A stretch of DNA of 61,765 nt, counting the filler, from Platydemus manokwari (Eukaryota): assembly GCA_037951405.1 (NCBI GenBank). It is 5 parts of 5 records of this genome, joined end to end, with 100 filler letters (N's around TTAATTAATTAA, not from the genome) between each part and the next. Parts side by side here need not be neighbours in the genome. Positions count along the whole stretch, not along the records: positions 1 to 13,071 come from JBBMOY011853610.1; positions 13,172 to 24,311 come from JBBMOY010884421.1; 3 more parts are not named here. One strand, given 5' to 3'. The position numbers and the translations under genes were made by a program. Below, piece by piece: positions 1 through 16,400 of this stretch (its first letter is position 1; each line of letters opens with the position of its first letter). The notes under the pieces are model-generated. The model worked only from the letters and a program-made list of their open reading frames with translations, had not been told where the DNA came from and did no database searches.

Positions 1-920
1 AATTCTTTAACATGCAAATCCCTTAATATCTCCAAACAAGAAATATATGACTTATACCACTTTCATAATCAAGGGCATAATTATGCTTTTATATCTTGTT
101 CAAAACTTGTAGTGTTTAGTGTGCGTTGCTATGTTACAACGTTTAATTTTTTGTGTCATTTTCATTTCTTCTTTAATTTATCGAAAACTGAATAAGTTGT
201 CTAAAATAAAGTAATACCAAATAATTCTTATTTTCGAAATTAATATTATTAAAGGTAAAGATTTTTTGTGGTAATTATTCACTCGATTTATTCAGTGATT
301 TTTAAGGGGCTTGAATGATTTCATATGATGACAAAACTATCAGAACTTTATTTAAATTTATCGGTGAAATGTCGTGAGTCATTGTCTTTCTTAATTGACG
401 AAATGTTGAACTCTAAAATAATAAAACGATTTTCTTTAAAATATGTAACCCGACAAGAAAGCTATTTGCTTGAAAACGAATGGCGATTTTACGAGAATAT
501 TATCATCATAAAATTATTCATTTTACAAACCACAATAATGAATTACATTGTCTATTAAAGTCTGACGGTCATGATGACGTCTTAGAGATATTTTACGTGA
601 AAACATTAAACTTAATGGGTTCTTCTGGAATAATAAATATTAGTTGCTAAACTTAAAATGGCTCTTTGTTTTATTTCAATTTATTGTCATTGAATTTGAT
701 TTATCGACATGTACGTCTTTTTCAGTCTATACTAGTCCGTCTGAGCCTCTTAAATTAAATATTACACACTCACTACTTTTATATAATTAAAGCTATTCAT
801 ATACACTTAAACGATAGAGATAGTTCTCCCCGTTTAAAATACATCCCAATCCAATTCCCGAAGTGAATGTTCTTGAATGTTGCGTTCTGATTTTTCTTAT
901 GTAACAATTGTGTATGCAAT

Positions 921-3275
921 GATTTGCGGATGTATGTGGATTATCGAAGACTGAATGGAGTGACAGAAAAATTTAGTTTCCATATACCTGATATCCATCA
1001 GCTTCTAGACTATTTGGCGGATGCTAAATATTTCTCCAGATGAATTTGGGGTAGGCTTATTACCAGTTTGAAATAATTTTCAGGTTCCAAGATTGCACAG
1101 CCGTTTAACACAAGAACCGGCTAATACTGTTTCAACAGACTCCCGTTTGGACTATCTACAGCGCCAGCAGCTTTTCAAAAGCTAATGCATAATCTGTTGG
1201 ATGCATTGATCTTTAAGAGCATTGTGGTATATTTGGATGATGTGTTGATATACGGAAAAACTCAGAAAGAGCTTGACGATTTACTAGAAGTCGTGTTTCG
1301 ACGAATTCAAGTGTCGGGTCTGAAAGTGAATCTTGATAAATGTGCACTAATCAAAGATGAACTGAGGTTTTTAGGCCATATGGTCAGTGCCAAGGGCATG
1401 TAAACTAATTACGACAAAATCCAACATATATGGGATACCCCAGTACCACAATGCACAACTAAACTGCGATCATTTTTAGGCCTGACAAATTATTACAGGT
1501 GATTCATCAAGGATTATGCTGTAATAGTGGCTCCACTATACCTAGCAACCGCGGGTGGAAATAAGGAATTACAATGGTCAGAAACAAGTTTAATGGAGCT
1601 TAATTCGGTCCTTTGTGAAGCAATAATTTTTGGATTACCCAAGAGAAAACAGGATATTTGGATCGATACAGAAGCGAGTTTTGGTGCAATCTGGGCTGTT
1701 CTAAGCCAAATTACTAAAGAAGGAATAGAAGTAGTTAACCTACTGATCTCGATTACTGATTAATCACAAGAAATTATACTGCGTTACTAGGAAGGAGCTG
1801 CTGGCTATCCACGAGTATGTTATTTACTTCAGACAATATTTGCACGGATAGAAATTTATCATAAGGACCGATCAAAAAGCCCTTGAGTTCTTGAATTTGG
1901 TACGAAAACCGATCAGCACTCAATTTCAAACATGGATGGCAGCGTTGTCAGAATACGATTTCAATTTACGATACAATAAAGGATAGAATCATAGCAGCGC
2001 AGATGGATTGTCTAGGATCAACGATACACTATGTTCCCATTGCAAGACGAGACATGATGGAGCGAAAACTGAAAAGTCTAAAACCAGATATTTAGCTCAA
2101 ATTCAAATAAAGTCGGAGATAATGCAGAAAATCTAGGAAGCACAGCATAAAGATGCAGAAATAGTGGAGACGCTCAGATTTCTAAATGGTGAAACAACTC
2201 TAACTAGTACGGAGTTCTGGGATAAACATTCACTTTCAAGAATTAAAAGTAAGCTGATGGTGGTCGACAATACACTGATGCTGGAGAAAGAGAAGGGTTT
2301 AGCTGCTATAATACCGAAAGATCTTGCCGCTCAATTTGTCAAGACAATTCACGAGGAACTATGCCACTTAGACTCAAATAAAACCTTCTCGTATTTGGCG
2401 GTAGTTTTTATTATGTCGACATGTTCAAAACCATCAAAGAGATACTGAAAGAACGTATTATATTTGATCAATCCAGAACTAAGGAGTTTCTGATCCCTCA
2501 GTTAGACTCTGAGTTTCAAGAGGAAGTAGTGATGAGAATTTCTCAAACTGACACGATGCATAGTAACAAGAAGTATCTAGTAATCATTATAAACAGATTC
2601 ATCAAGTTGGTGAGCTTTACTAATACATTTAAGCAAGACTAAAAGACAATCTTTCAGGTCATCTTGAACTCGTGGATTTATCCTTTTGGAAAAAAAGTAC
2701 ATTCTATCTGATAACGGGAAATAATTTGGAGGCAAATTTATGAGGGAGGCATGTTCAAAATTGAGAATCAAACAAGAATTCAGCCCACCATAGCAGAATC
2801 AATCGAACGGGCTAGTGAAAAGAGTCATCAAGACGGTATTATATATGATAACAGTTATCCTAAAGGGGAAGTTGGGCTGAATTACCGCCAACAATCAGTT
2901 CTGCATCAACCCAACACATCAATCAACAACAAATTTCTCGACTTTCGAGATAATCTAAGGGCGAAAGGTGTGAGTCACAAGAACCAGACTTGAGATGACA
3001 TTGCAGTAGCAACTAGAAAAAATTCTTAAGTGGCAGCCAACATAATGTATAACCAAGATAGGGGGAGAAGAACACATTGAATTTTTCAGGTGGGATAGAA
3101 GGTGCTAGTTTGCGTAGATCCCAACAAGAAACAGAATAATAGATAACAGTACGAAGGCCTCCACCGAATTAAGGGATTCAAGTCAGACGAACATGTGGGG
3201 ATACAATCCCTCATGCGATCAAATACAGACGATTAGAGTGTCTGAAACGACGGAGTGGACCTTAAGAGGAGCAAG
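921..3275 (+). mobile_element. Degenerate Ty3/Gypsy LTR-retrotransposon pol (RT-RNaseH-integrase), 5'-truncated
   Basis: Frame-shifted pieces in RT-RH-INT order: LRMYVDYRRLN (921), RLPFGLSTAPAAFQKLM, VVYLDDVLIY (RT YxDD), LRSFLGLTNYYR, IDTEASFGAIWAVLSQ and KELLAI...FRQYLHG*KFIIRTDQKAL (RNase H), HEELCH (integrase Zn finger), ILSDNGK, YEGLHRI (GPY/F-like). Purine run aagaggagcaag at ~3263 may be a PPT. Many stops. Confidence 0.9.
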
Positions 3276-4139
3276 TAACGTGGTTAAATAAACAAACACA
3301 TTGCATTTGTCTAAATAGTTAATTGGCGGATTAGCTTAGTTTTTTAAATAAATATTGTCAGCAAATGTTAATGATGTAACTTAAACAGTTATTTGTTTAT
3401 ATTTTACAATAATTAATAATTATTGATTTGAATTTTTAAATGGAAATATATTTCTACATGCCATCCAATATGGAGTTCTTGAAAGGCTTTTGAAAAGCTG
3501 AATCCAATTTATCGTCAAATTCATAACAGAAAAATTTTAAAAATAATTCAAATCCATTTTTGTTATCATTGAGTGAATTTATGTGATTTAAAATTTGAAA
3601 ATATTACACCTTCGAATCTATCCGATAAGCAGTTACTGGAGGAAACAAATATCAATAATATTTCAAACAACAATTCCTCGTGATTCTCCATTAAAATGTT
3701 TTTTGGATTTGTGGCTTTTAAATGAAAATGTTTTTGGAAATTTTCATTTCATTTTAATCGAAAAGATTTTACACCGAGCGGTCACAGTAACAAACTCTCG
3801 TAGAAGCCATAAATCAGTTATTTATTCTTTATTCACAAAACTAATACAATCAATTCGAGTAGACACCGGAAACTCATATCTGAAACGAGATGTCAAACAA
3901 TTTCTGTTTAATCTAAAATTAAATTACTGAAATAATGTAATTTGAACTTTTGTAAAATAATTTTTCCTTTCATGAGAAATGATTTTCTAAATATATCAAC
4001 CAATCAAATCACTGGGAAAGAAATGAGGAGATTTTGACACACCTAACAATATGTATGCACTCGAATTTGTTGTAACCAATATTGTTACAAGTATATGTAT
4101 TCAAACTGGGTTAATCAATGAGATATTATCCGTTATTAA

Positions 4140-8852
<4,713 letters not shown>

Positions 8853-9465
8853 CAGGAGTTATTATTTCTTGTAGCATTTTTTCTGAACTTATATTCTAAT
8901 TGGTAATCTTGTTTTGATGTTTCCATTTTGATTGTTTTGATTGGCTTTTTTATATGATTTTATTACTTGATGAATGTTTCAAATATAATCTTTCATTAAT
9001 CATTTGACTTGAATTTATTTGTTTTAATTTTTTGATCTTTGAATATCTTTATTAATAATCAATAAATATAATGTTATGGAATTTTAATTGTTATTATAAT
9101 AATATAATTATTTGTAAAATCTAATAACAACAACAATAATAATAATTGGTTTCTAGACATGATTTTTGAATACTCGTATAATTCCTCTATATGACAAAAT
9201 GTTTCTTATTATTAGTTTTATTAATTTATATTAAGACACAAAGTTGGAATGATTTTCCATAAAAGACAATCCGGAATAATTCAAATTTTATTATTTTATT
9301 TCAATTAAATAAAAGAGATAAAAATAAGTTGTAGATTGGCATGAGTAACGCTGGGAAAACAAAGAATTTAAGAGCACCCAGTTTTCATGACCAACCATTG
9401 ATTTTATCTTGTCTGGACTGTATTCAATTATTTGTGGGTAATAACCAAGGTCAAAGAAATGTAAT

Positions 9466-10380
9466 AGTAGTTATATACACCAGTTCTTGACAGCATAACC
9501 TTTAAATACTCACTCGTTTTTGAGAATTACGGTGTCAGAGGATTGGTGTATATAACTGTTTTATGTTATACATAGAGTGAAACATATTTTCAAATCAATA
9601 TATAAAAACTCTATGTAAAATATAATCAAAAAAACATTTTGCGAAAAATAATAAAAGAACTGTTGTCTGAGACAATGGATGAAGTTCTATCGTAGGCAAT
9701 GAGCAAAGTTTGTCCGTCTTAAGCAATAATTCTAAAATAACCAATAAATATATATATATAAACCCAAAAGATTAATAAAAGATCGAGACGACCAAATAAA
9801 TATATAATTTCCCATATTACAGAAGAATCCTCATGAAAATTTACAATTCATAAATAAATATTCATAAATTAAATTTCAAATAAATGTTAAGATTCTTCTG
9901 CAAAATATAAATCACAATACAAATGAATACAGTTACATTACAATAGCATTAAGTTCAGATCAAACATTAATAATTGGTGAAGATTCAATTAATGAAGATA
10001 AATTATTAGAAACAATCAAACATTTTACTCATAAATTAGATGATGATTTATTAAAAGTAAGAGGTAGTGGATGGAATATATTTGAATTAGAAACCATAAC
10101 ATTTCAAGGATAAATGTATTATCTGGAAGTAATTATATACCATTATTCTCCAATAATATAGTAAATATAGAATATTATGACGACAAATGTTTCGTGTATT
10201 CAATACCAGCTTACTTTTATCCAATTGATGGAGAAAAGGTAGCGAAACAGACCATGTTAATTAACAAAACATTTTGAAAAATTGAATATAAATGGAATAA
10301 CATTTCCTACAAATTTAAATGAAATTCAAAAATTAGAAAAGAACAATAATTTCAAAATAAAATGATAAAAATAAAAAAAA
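9466..10380 (+). mobile_element. Polinton/Maverick remnant: putative terminus plus N-terminal part of pPolB ORF
   Basis: Decayed LLKVRGSGWNIFELE...GSNYIPL...IVNIEYYDDKCFVYSI (10050-10225) resembles the GSGW...YIPLP...N.D.KCF block of Polinton polymerases. AGTAGT at 9466 is followed by an inverted repeat (9469-9557). Confidence 0.65.
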
Positions 10381-10639
10381 ATCCAACCCTACAATGTAAA
10401 ACTACATCTTAAATTAAACAAATAGACACAAGCACAAAAAGTATTCAAACATAGAATTTAATTTGAAAAGAATTTTTCATATAAAATTTATTTTAAATAA
10501 ATCAAAGAAAAATTTTGTTTTAGCACACAATAAATTCTGGTTTAAGTTAGCTATTTTATGGATTCACTCCCATTTATGGTAATTATATATTACAAAAAGC
10601 ATAATTTAAAAATGACTGAAAAAATCATTCAGAAAACCA

Positions 10640-11620
10640 ACCACAGTTATCAGTTTATTCCAAATTGAAAACAACTCCACTAATTAAAGTCAGTGCGGTG
10701 GATTCGAAAGAAGTCACTGGTGACGAATATGCAGATCCTTTCAATGAGTTATTCAAACTCGCGGAATGATACGATCAAACAATAGATGATGACACCTACA
10801 ACATACAACTCAGACAGAGTCAATTGGTAATAACAGAGTATAATTACTTTTATTAATCAAAATTATTAACGAAAAATCATAAGAAACTGCAGCTATTGCC
10901 ATATCATTGAAGAATCTCATACAAAAAACAAACCATTAAAATGATAAGAAGAAAACGAGAGGATTTCACGATATTAAAACTAGCTCTCTTAGTCGATCCG
11001 ATTTAGAGACACTCAAATATGGCGAAATTATGATCGATCCCGACGGCTACACTATCGAAGACGTGCTAGGCTAAAATGGCGACGATGGAAGTGAATACAC
11101 CATCACATCCGTAAGCACGTAACTCAAACATCACGAAACCAACTAAACAGTAATTGAACTTGAAGTGGCGGTAATCTTAAATGCCATTGAACGGTTCCGT
11201 ACATTCTTATAAATTTGCGCAAGCAAATACAAAGGAATTATTAAAGGCACATCAGCAAGAAAAGCATTTACAACAGATATGGAAAGAATTCCACATAAGT
11301 GGGTCTCATTGGATCTAGAAGACTTACAAATTTCATCACAATGGGCAAGAACTACCAGGAAATACAAATATAAATTTACCTTCGAAGATGATTTGTTTAA
11401 ACAATAAGGGCAATTAAAATTAATAGTCTTATCACAAACCTTATCAAACGTTCTTTAACTACAGTATCAATATAGTTACCCTCGGCGCCATCAATTTGTC
11501 AAGTAGACATTCCGCAGAATTCAACAAAAATACATTTGGTCCTCAATGAATCACGATATAAAACAGTGGAGTCAAATTTACAAGATGTGTCAAACTGGTA
11601 TGGATGTCGGAAATGGGCAC
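10640..11620 (+). mobile_element. Highly degenerate Gypsy-like pol remnant (RNase H and integrase Zn-finger pieces)
   Basis: ELEVAVILNAIERFRTFL (RNase H ELE.A motif, ~11155); HQFVK*TFRRIQQKYIWSSMNHDIKQWSQIYKMCQ (integrase HHCC region, 11490-11595). Confidence 0.65.
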
Positions 11621-11719
11621 CGCTCAAATCGTAACTATCGGCTTATGGAAATACGGAAATATATGATTAAAAATCTTATAAGTGTCTCGGAGACAGTCAT
11701 TAGATCTGTTAAGCATTAC

Positions 11720-12010
11720 TTGGTGAGCCATAATCAATATAGTCAATAAAAATAAAGCCAATTTTTGACAATTCATTTTCAATGAATAATGAAAAATATA
11801 ATAATAATTCAATTTTAACAAAAGATTTCAGATCAGATAAAAATTTATGAAAGCTTATAAATAGCTTTCTCATTTGATATTTGTGTGTTATTTGTCCTGT
11901 GAATATTTCAATAAAACTCGACTGACAAAACAAATATGTAAATTATATTTCAATTAATTCCATAAAATACAAGCAGTGAATTAATTAAAATATAATTTAC
12001 ATTTTTATTT
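11720..12010. repeat. Direct repeat copy 1 (upstream region + signal-peptide start of a minus-strand gene)
   Basis: 11787-12009 is almost identical to 12848-13071. Homology continues, diverged, into ATG(11776,-) MNCQKLALFLLTILIMA. Confidence 0.9.
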
Positions 12011-12267
12011 TGTGATTTCTACTCGAAAACAACTCGATATATTTTATTCGAACTTGTTAAATGACAAACAAATCTCAATGAAATTTGAATATTTTTATGA
12101 AAATATAAATTTGGAAATAATAGTCATGGTGATTGTCCGTATGTACATGGCGAAATATGTGTTAGTTACTGAAAATTGGTGGAAATTTTAAATATGTTCT
12201 TGATGTTTAATATATAATATCAGTGTTTGAAACAATTTTTAAAGTATTGTTTAATATAACCGAATTA

Positions 12268-12838
12268 TCAAGAATGTATATGTTTATGAGCACACGCGGT
12301 TTGAACTCCATTATTACAATAAGAGGAGCAGCAGCAACTAAATTCTCCCCCTCTATCAATGAATTCCAATGTTTTATTTTCAAATGAAGTAACAATAGAT
12401 TTCCCCACCATTCTGCTGTCTTCAAAAATTCCATCTTTAAATGCGGGCACTTCTGTTCCACTGAATACGCAGCTTGATAGTCGATTTGTGTCACATATCT
12501 CTGCAAAACAATACCGGATGCACCCTCGAAATGTAATGCGTATAGTAAGAAAATTGCCATCGCTTATAACCTAGAATGATATCGGGTGGTATAAAATAGG
12601 AAATCTAGAATTGCTTATAAGGAATCAAAGATTGTGAGTTAATTAAAATAAATATTTTCTCTAATTATAATTTAAGTGAAACAAAATACAAAACAAGACC
12701 TTTAGTTTCATTATATCTTAGCGCATTGCCAGCAGTAGCAGTGTAACAAACACCGCAATATTTCAAACAGTGACAACTTGTTGATCAATAATCAATAGCG
12801 ATAATCAATAGAAATAAAGCCAATATTTTATAATTCAT
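12268..12838 (-). pseudogene. Putative secreted Ly6/uPAR (three-finger)-like gene with an in-frame TGA after the signal peptide
   Basis: ATG 12838: MNYKILALFLLIIAIDY*STSCHCLKYCGVCYTATAGNALRYNETKGL. Probable intron ends at AG 12572-12571. Exon 12570-12268: VISDGNFLTIRITFRGCIRYCFAEICD...FSCCCSSYCNNG...*, with LU-like CxxC, RGC and CCxxxxCN motifs. Confidence 0.45.
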
Positions 12839-13071
12839 TTGCAATTAATAATGAAAAATATAATAATAATTCAATTTTAACAAAAGATTTCAGATCAGAT
12901 AAAAATTTATGAAAGCTTATAAATAGCTTTCTCATTTGATATTTGTGTGTTATTTGTCCTGTGAATATTTCAATAAAACTCGACTGACAAAACAAATATG
13001 TAAATTATATTTCAATTAATTCCATAAAATACAAGCAGTGAATTAATTAAAATATAATTTACATTTTTATT
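12775..13071. repeat. Direct repeat copy 2 (runs into the assembly gap)
   Basis: Near-identical to 11720-12010. Confidence 0.9.
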
Positions 13072-13171
13072 NNNNNNNNNNNNNNNNNNNNNNNNNNNNN
13101 NNNNNNNNNNNNNNNTTAATTAATTAANNNNNNNNNNNNNNNNNNNNNNNNNNNNNNNNNNNNNNNNNNNN
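13072..13171. other. Artificial contig linker (44N-TTAATTAATTAA-44N)
   Basis: The same 100-nt structure occurs four times; TTAATTAATTAA gives stops in all six frames. Confidence 0.97.
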
Positions 13172-13400
13172 AAAATTAACAACTGTAATGACTATAATAA
13201 CGAATTATTTCTTAATTAGTTAAAAATCATTGTGGAATGTTTATTTTCATAATGATTAGAAAATAAATTTTGTTTAATTGAATAAATTCATAGTTTATAT
13301 TATCAAGCAACATTTTTAATATTTAAATTTATCTTTATTTTTATGAAATTTAATTGAAGTATTTCTTACTTGTAAATAATATATTTGTACCTTAATTGAT

Positions 13401-16400
13401 ATGGAAAATATTCTTGATGAATTTAGCGAAGTTAAGTTGGAAAATTATGCAATCTCTGGAATTGTTCAATTTCTCAGAAATCAGTCGATGAAAAATGAAA
13501 TTATCCGAGCTCAGTGGAACGTTGAAAAAGCCGAATTACAGGTACGAATGACTTTACCACAAATAATAATGAAATTTAATTAAATTTAGGCTCGGATTGC
13601 ATTTTTACAAGGTGAACGCAAAGGTCAAGAAAATCTGAAGGTGGATCTGATAAAGCGAATAAAAATGCTGGAATACGCGTTGCAGCAAGAGAATCGTAAA
13701 TTTTCTCTTCTAAAATCGCAGAAATTGTTAAAGCCAGATACTGTTTTCGAGGACCACCATTCCAGTTTGGCTTCAGATAATAATGGGTCGTCCAAAGAAA
13801 AATCTTCGAAAGCTCCCGAAAAAGCGCAACCTTTCAATCTCAAAGACATCAGGCAGTGAGTTTTATCTTTATGCGATAACTGAAAAGAGTGATAAATCAA
13901 TAGAACCATCGCTTGAAATTTTAGTAGAAATTTTCTTTAGGAAAATTTTATTTTTATTCGCAGAACAATACGAGCACTGTGTGCAAAAATGTTCAAAATC
14001 TCTTTTTCAGGATAGGAATCTGGGGTGTATTAGTTGAAAATTTCATTAATGTCATTAATCATTAATTAATCAATATTGTAACAAATCAATATCGTAACAA
14101 ATCAATATTAATCAATAAAATAATTTCTGATGGAGTCTTGGCTGTAGGTTTGTCAAATGAAGTATTTTAGAAAAATTATTTTCAAAAATTTTATTATTGA
14201 TTTTAAACAATTTTGATTGGCTGATGCGTAACTCAAACCAGCTAATCACAAACATTGGATTATCATTTCTAAAAATAGATATAGATTGGTAAAAAAGTTT
14301 TCGAACAGGTTTCTCGTGGATAACGGTTATCGTGATATGATGTCGGAAATCCGGGAGTCGAGAGTGAAACAACTTTTAGGATTAACAACTGATTTGACCA
14401 ATGCAATCAATCTGATAGATAAAGACAGTGTGATTGTTCAAGGTAAATCCTCAAATGTTCCCAATCAATTGGAACGAAATTTTCCCACCCAGGTAAGTGC
14501 TGGTGAAAATAGAGAGATTTTTATTGATTTACATTTTTTTAGATCGATATTTCACCAGATTTAAATTTTCGATCGGATAATTACAAATGTTAGTTGGTTT
14601 ATTATTAATATAATTGATTAGATTGTTATCATTCTTATTCGATTCAATTTAATATCGATTGTATTGATTTTCAATTCTCATTGGTTGAAACCGATGGAAT
14701 TGTTATAACAAATTTATTTCAATACAATTCCAATATTAATTTTAGATTTAATCTATAAAATTTATTTATTTATCGATTTGTTATTTCATGATGATTGTAA
14801 TGGTTGTGAGTAATATTTCCGGGTTTGAGCATTGATAAATCTAATTGATGATTTAATGGAAATACGCTTTCATTGTCATTTCTACTCATCAGTACCATTT
14901 AGAAACTAGAATCCATAATTAATGCGAATCCATCAACATTTTACCTTGTTATATCATGAATTACTTTGACCAATTTGTTGTGATTTTGCTTGGATTCTAT
15001 ATCAGCAAATTCTTTACCAATCATTGCATGAAAATTGTGCCGAATTTTGCTAACATCGATTACAAACATAAATAAGCTTTCTATCGTCGATTAATTTTGT
15101 CTCGAGATCATCAGAGGTGATTAATGAAATTTTCATTAGGTTTTCGGCATTTAGCTCGGAGTTAGAAAAGTTTTAAATAATATTTTTAAAATAATTTTGC
15201 GTTGCAATTACAATTTATGAAGTTTTTATTTCTAACAAATGGTTTCCTTTTTCATTTCATTCAGATCACATTTCCATCCGATAATCAGATTTTCTGACAT
15301 TTTTTTCCGTGGACGAAATTGGAAAAATTGTAAAAGAATCCTGTGCATGCATACGAGTCAAATTCTAAGCTATTAAAACAGAGTTTCTTTTCATTTATTT
15401 ATTGGAAATACAAACGGATTAGTATTCGCCAGGAAATCTTTTCGAATCTTCAAAGATTTGTTCACAGTATTTGATTTACCGCCGATATACTTTTTATAAG
15501 TTTTCCAAATCATCTCTCAAAACAATCGAAGTTTATTATTGATTTTCGCTTGAAAAGGGTTTCTTAATTACATTTAAATTGCGGAGACATGATATTCGAT
15601 GCATCCCATCGAACGTGAGCGAGTTGTTCTTGCGGGATTCAGTAATAATAAGTGAATTGTTCTTTAATATTTAGTTGTAATTATTATTTTCAATTTATGT
15701 TACTGGCAGCCATTAAAAATGTGTTTTGATTGGGTGATTCAGATTTTTATATCATTACATCACCACGATGGAGTTTTTTTGTAATATATGGAGGGACAGT
15801 GATTTCATAACTTATGTTTTGGAAAATATCATAGGATATTTGAGGACAACCATAGCACAATCGGTATTCAAGAGAAAATGTGATTTCATTGTCTGTTAAT
15901 TAGAGAGAGATATAATATATCAAAATACATCAATGTCAATGTTCGTCGTGAATGTGCATAATAATTATTTGACATAATATGCGGATGTTTAGACGAAAAT
16001 TTTGACAAAACCGATGGAAACTATGACGACTCACCAATCTACGACACCGTTGATGACAGTTCGACATTCGATGAAAAATTCATTGCCGCTTCAGTGAATA
16101 ATATCGGAAAAAATCATACCGATTATCCAATATCTGTGGAGAAACTACCTCACCCTGAGATCCTTGGCAGTGGGGAGCCCAGTTCTGTGCTCGGTGAATT
16201 GGCCAGTTTAACTATCGTCAATGAAGCCAGTAATTTATCATATTTTTAGCCATTTATTTTTCTATTCTATACATCTTTTAATCATAATTGTATGTATTAT
16301 TTTTATTATATATAGTTATTATTATTACTGGGTTGTTGCATAAGTTCCCACCGTTTTTTTGACATTTATTTTCAAAGAAATAAAAGAATTTTAACAGCAA

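Noticed and set aside
12207-12574. Track ORFs 12207-12560(-) and 12359-12574(+) as genes
   Set aside because: They overlap the Cys-motif frame (12570-12268) and show no recognisable motifs.
12785-12787. In-frame TGA as selenocysteine
   Set aside because: It lies at the end of a signal peptide, no SECIS is recognisable, and alignment with the sister copy suggests a small indel or nonsense change.
11720-13071. Direct repeats as the LTR pair of the adjacent Gypsy remnant
   Set aside because: No TG...CA ends, PBS or PPT; the Gypsy debris lies outside the pair; the repeats lead into signal-peptide ATGs.
13116-13127. Recurring palindrome TTAATTAATTAA as a biological motif (e.g. piggyBac TTAA or PacI-like site)
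   Set aside because: Always centred between exactly 44 Ns on each side: an assembly spacer.
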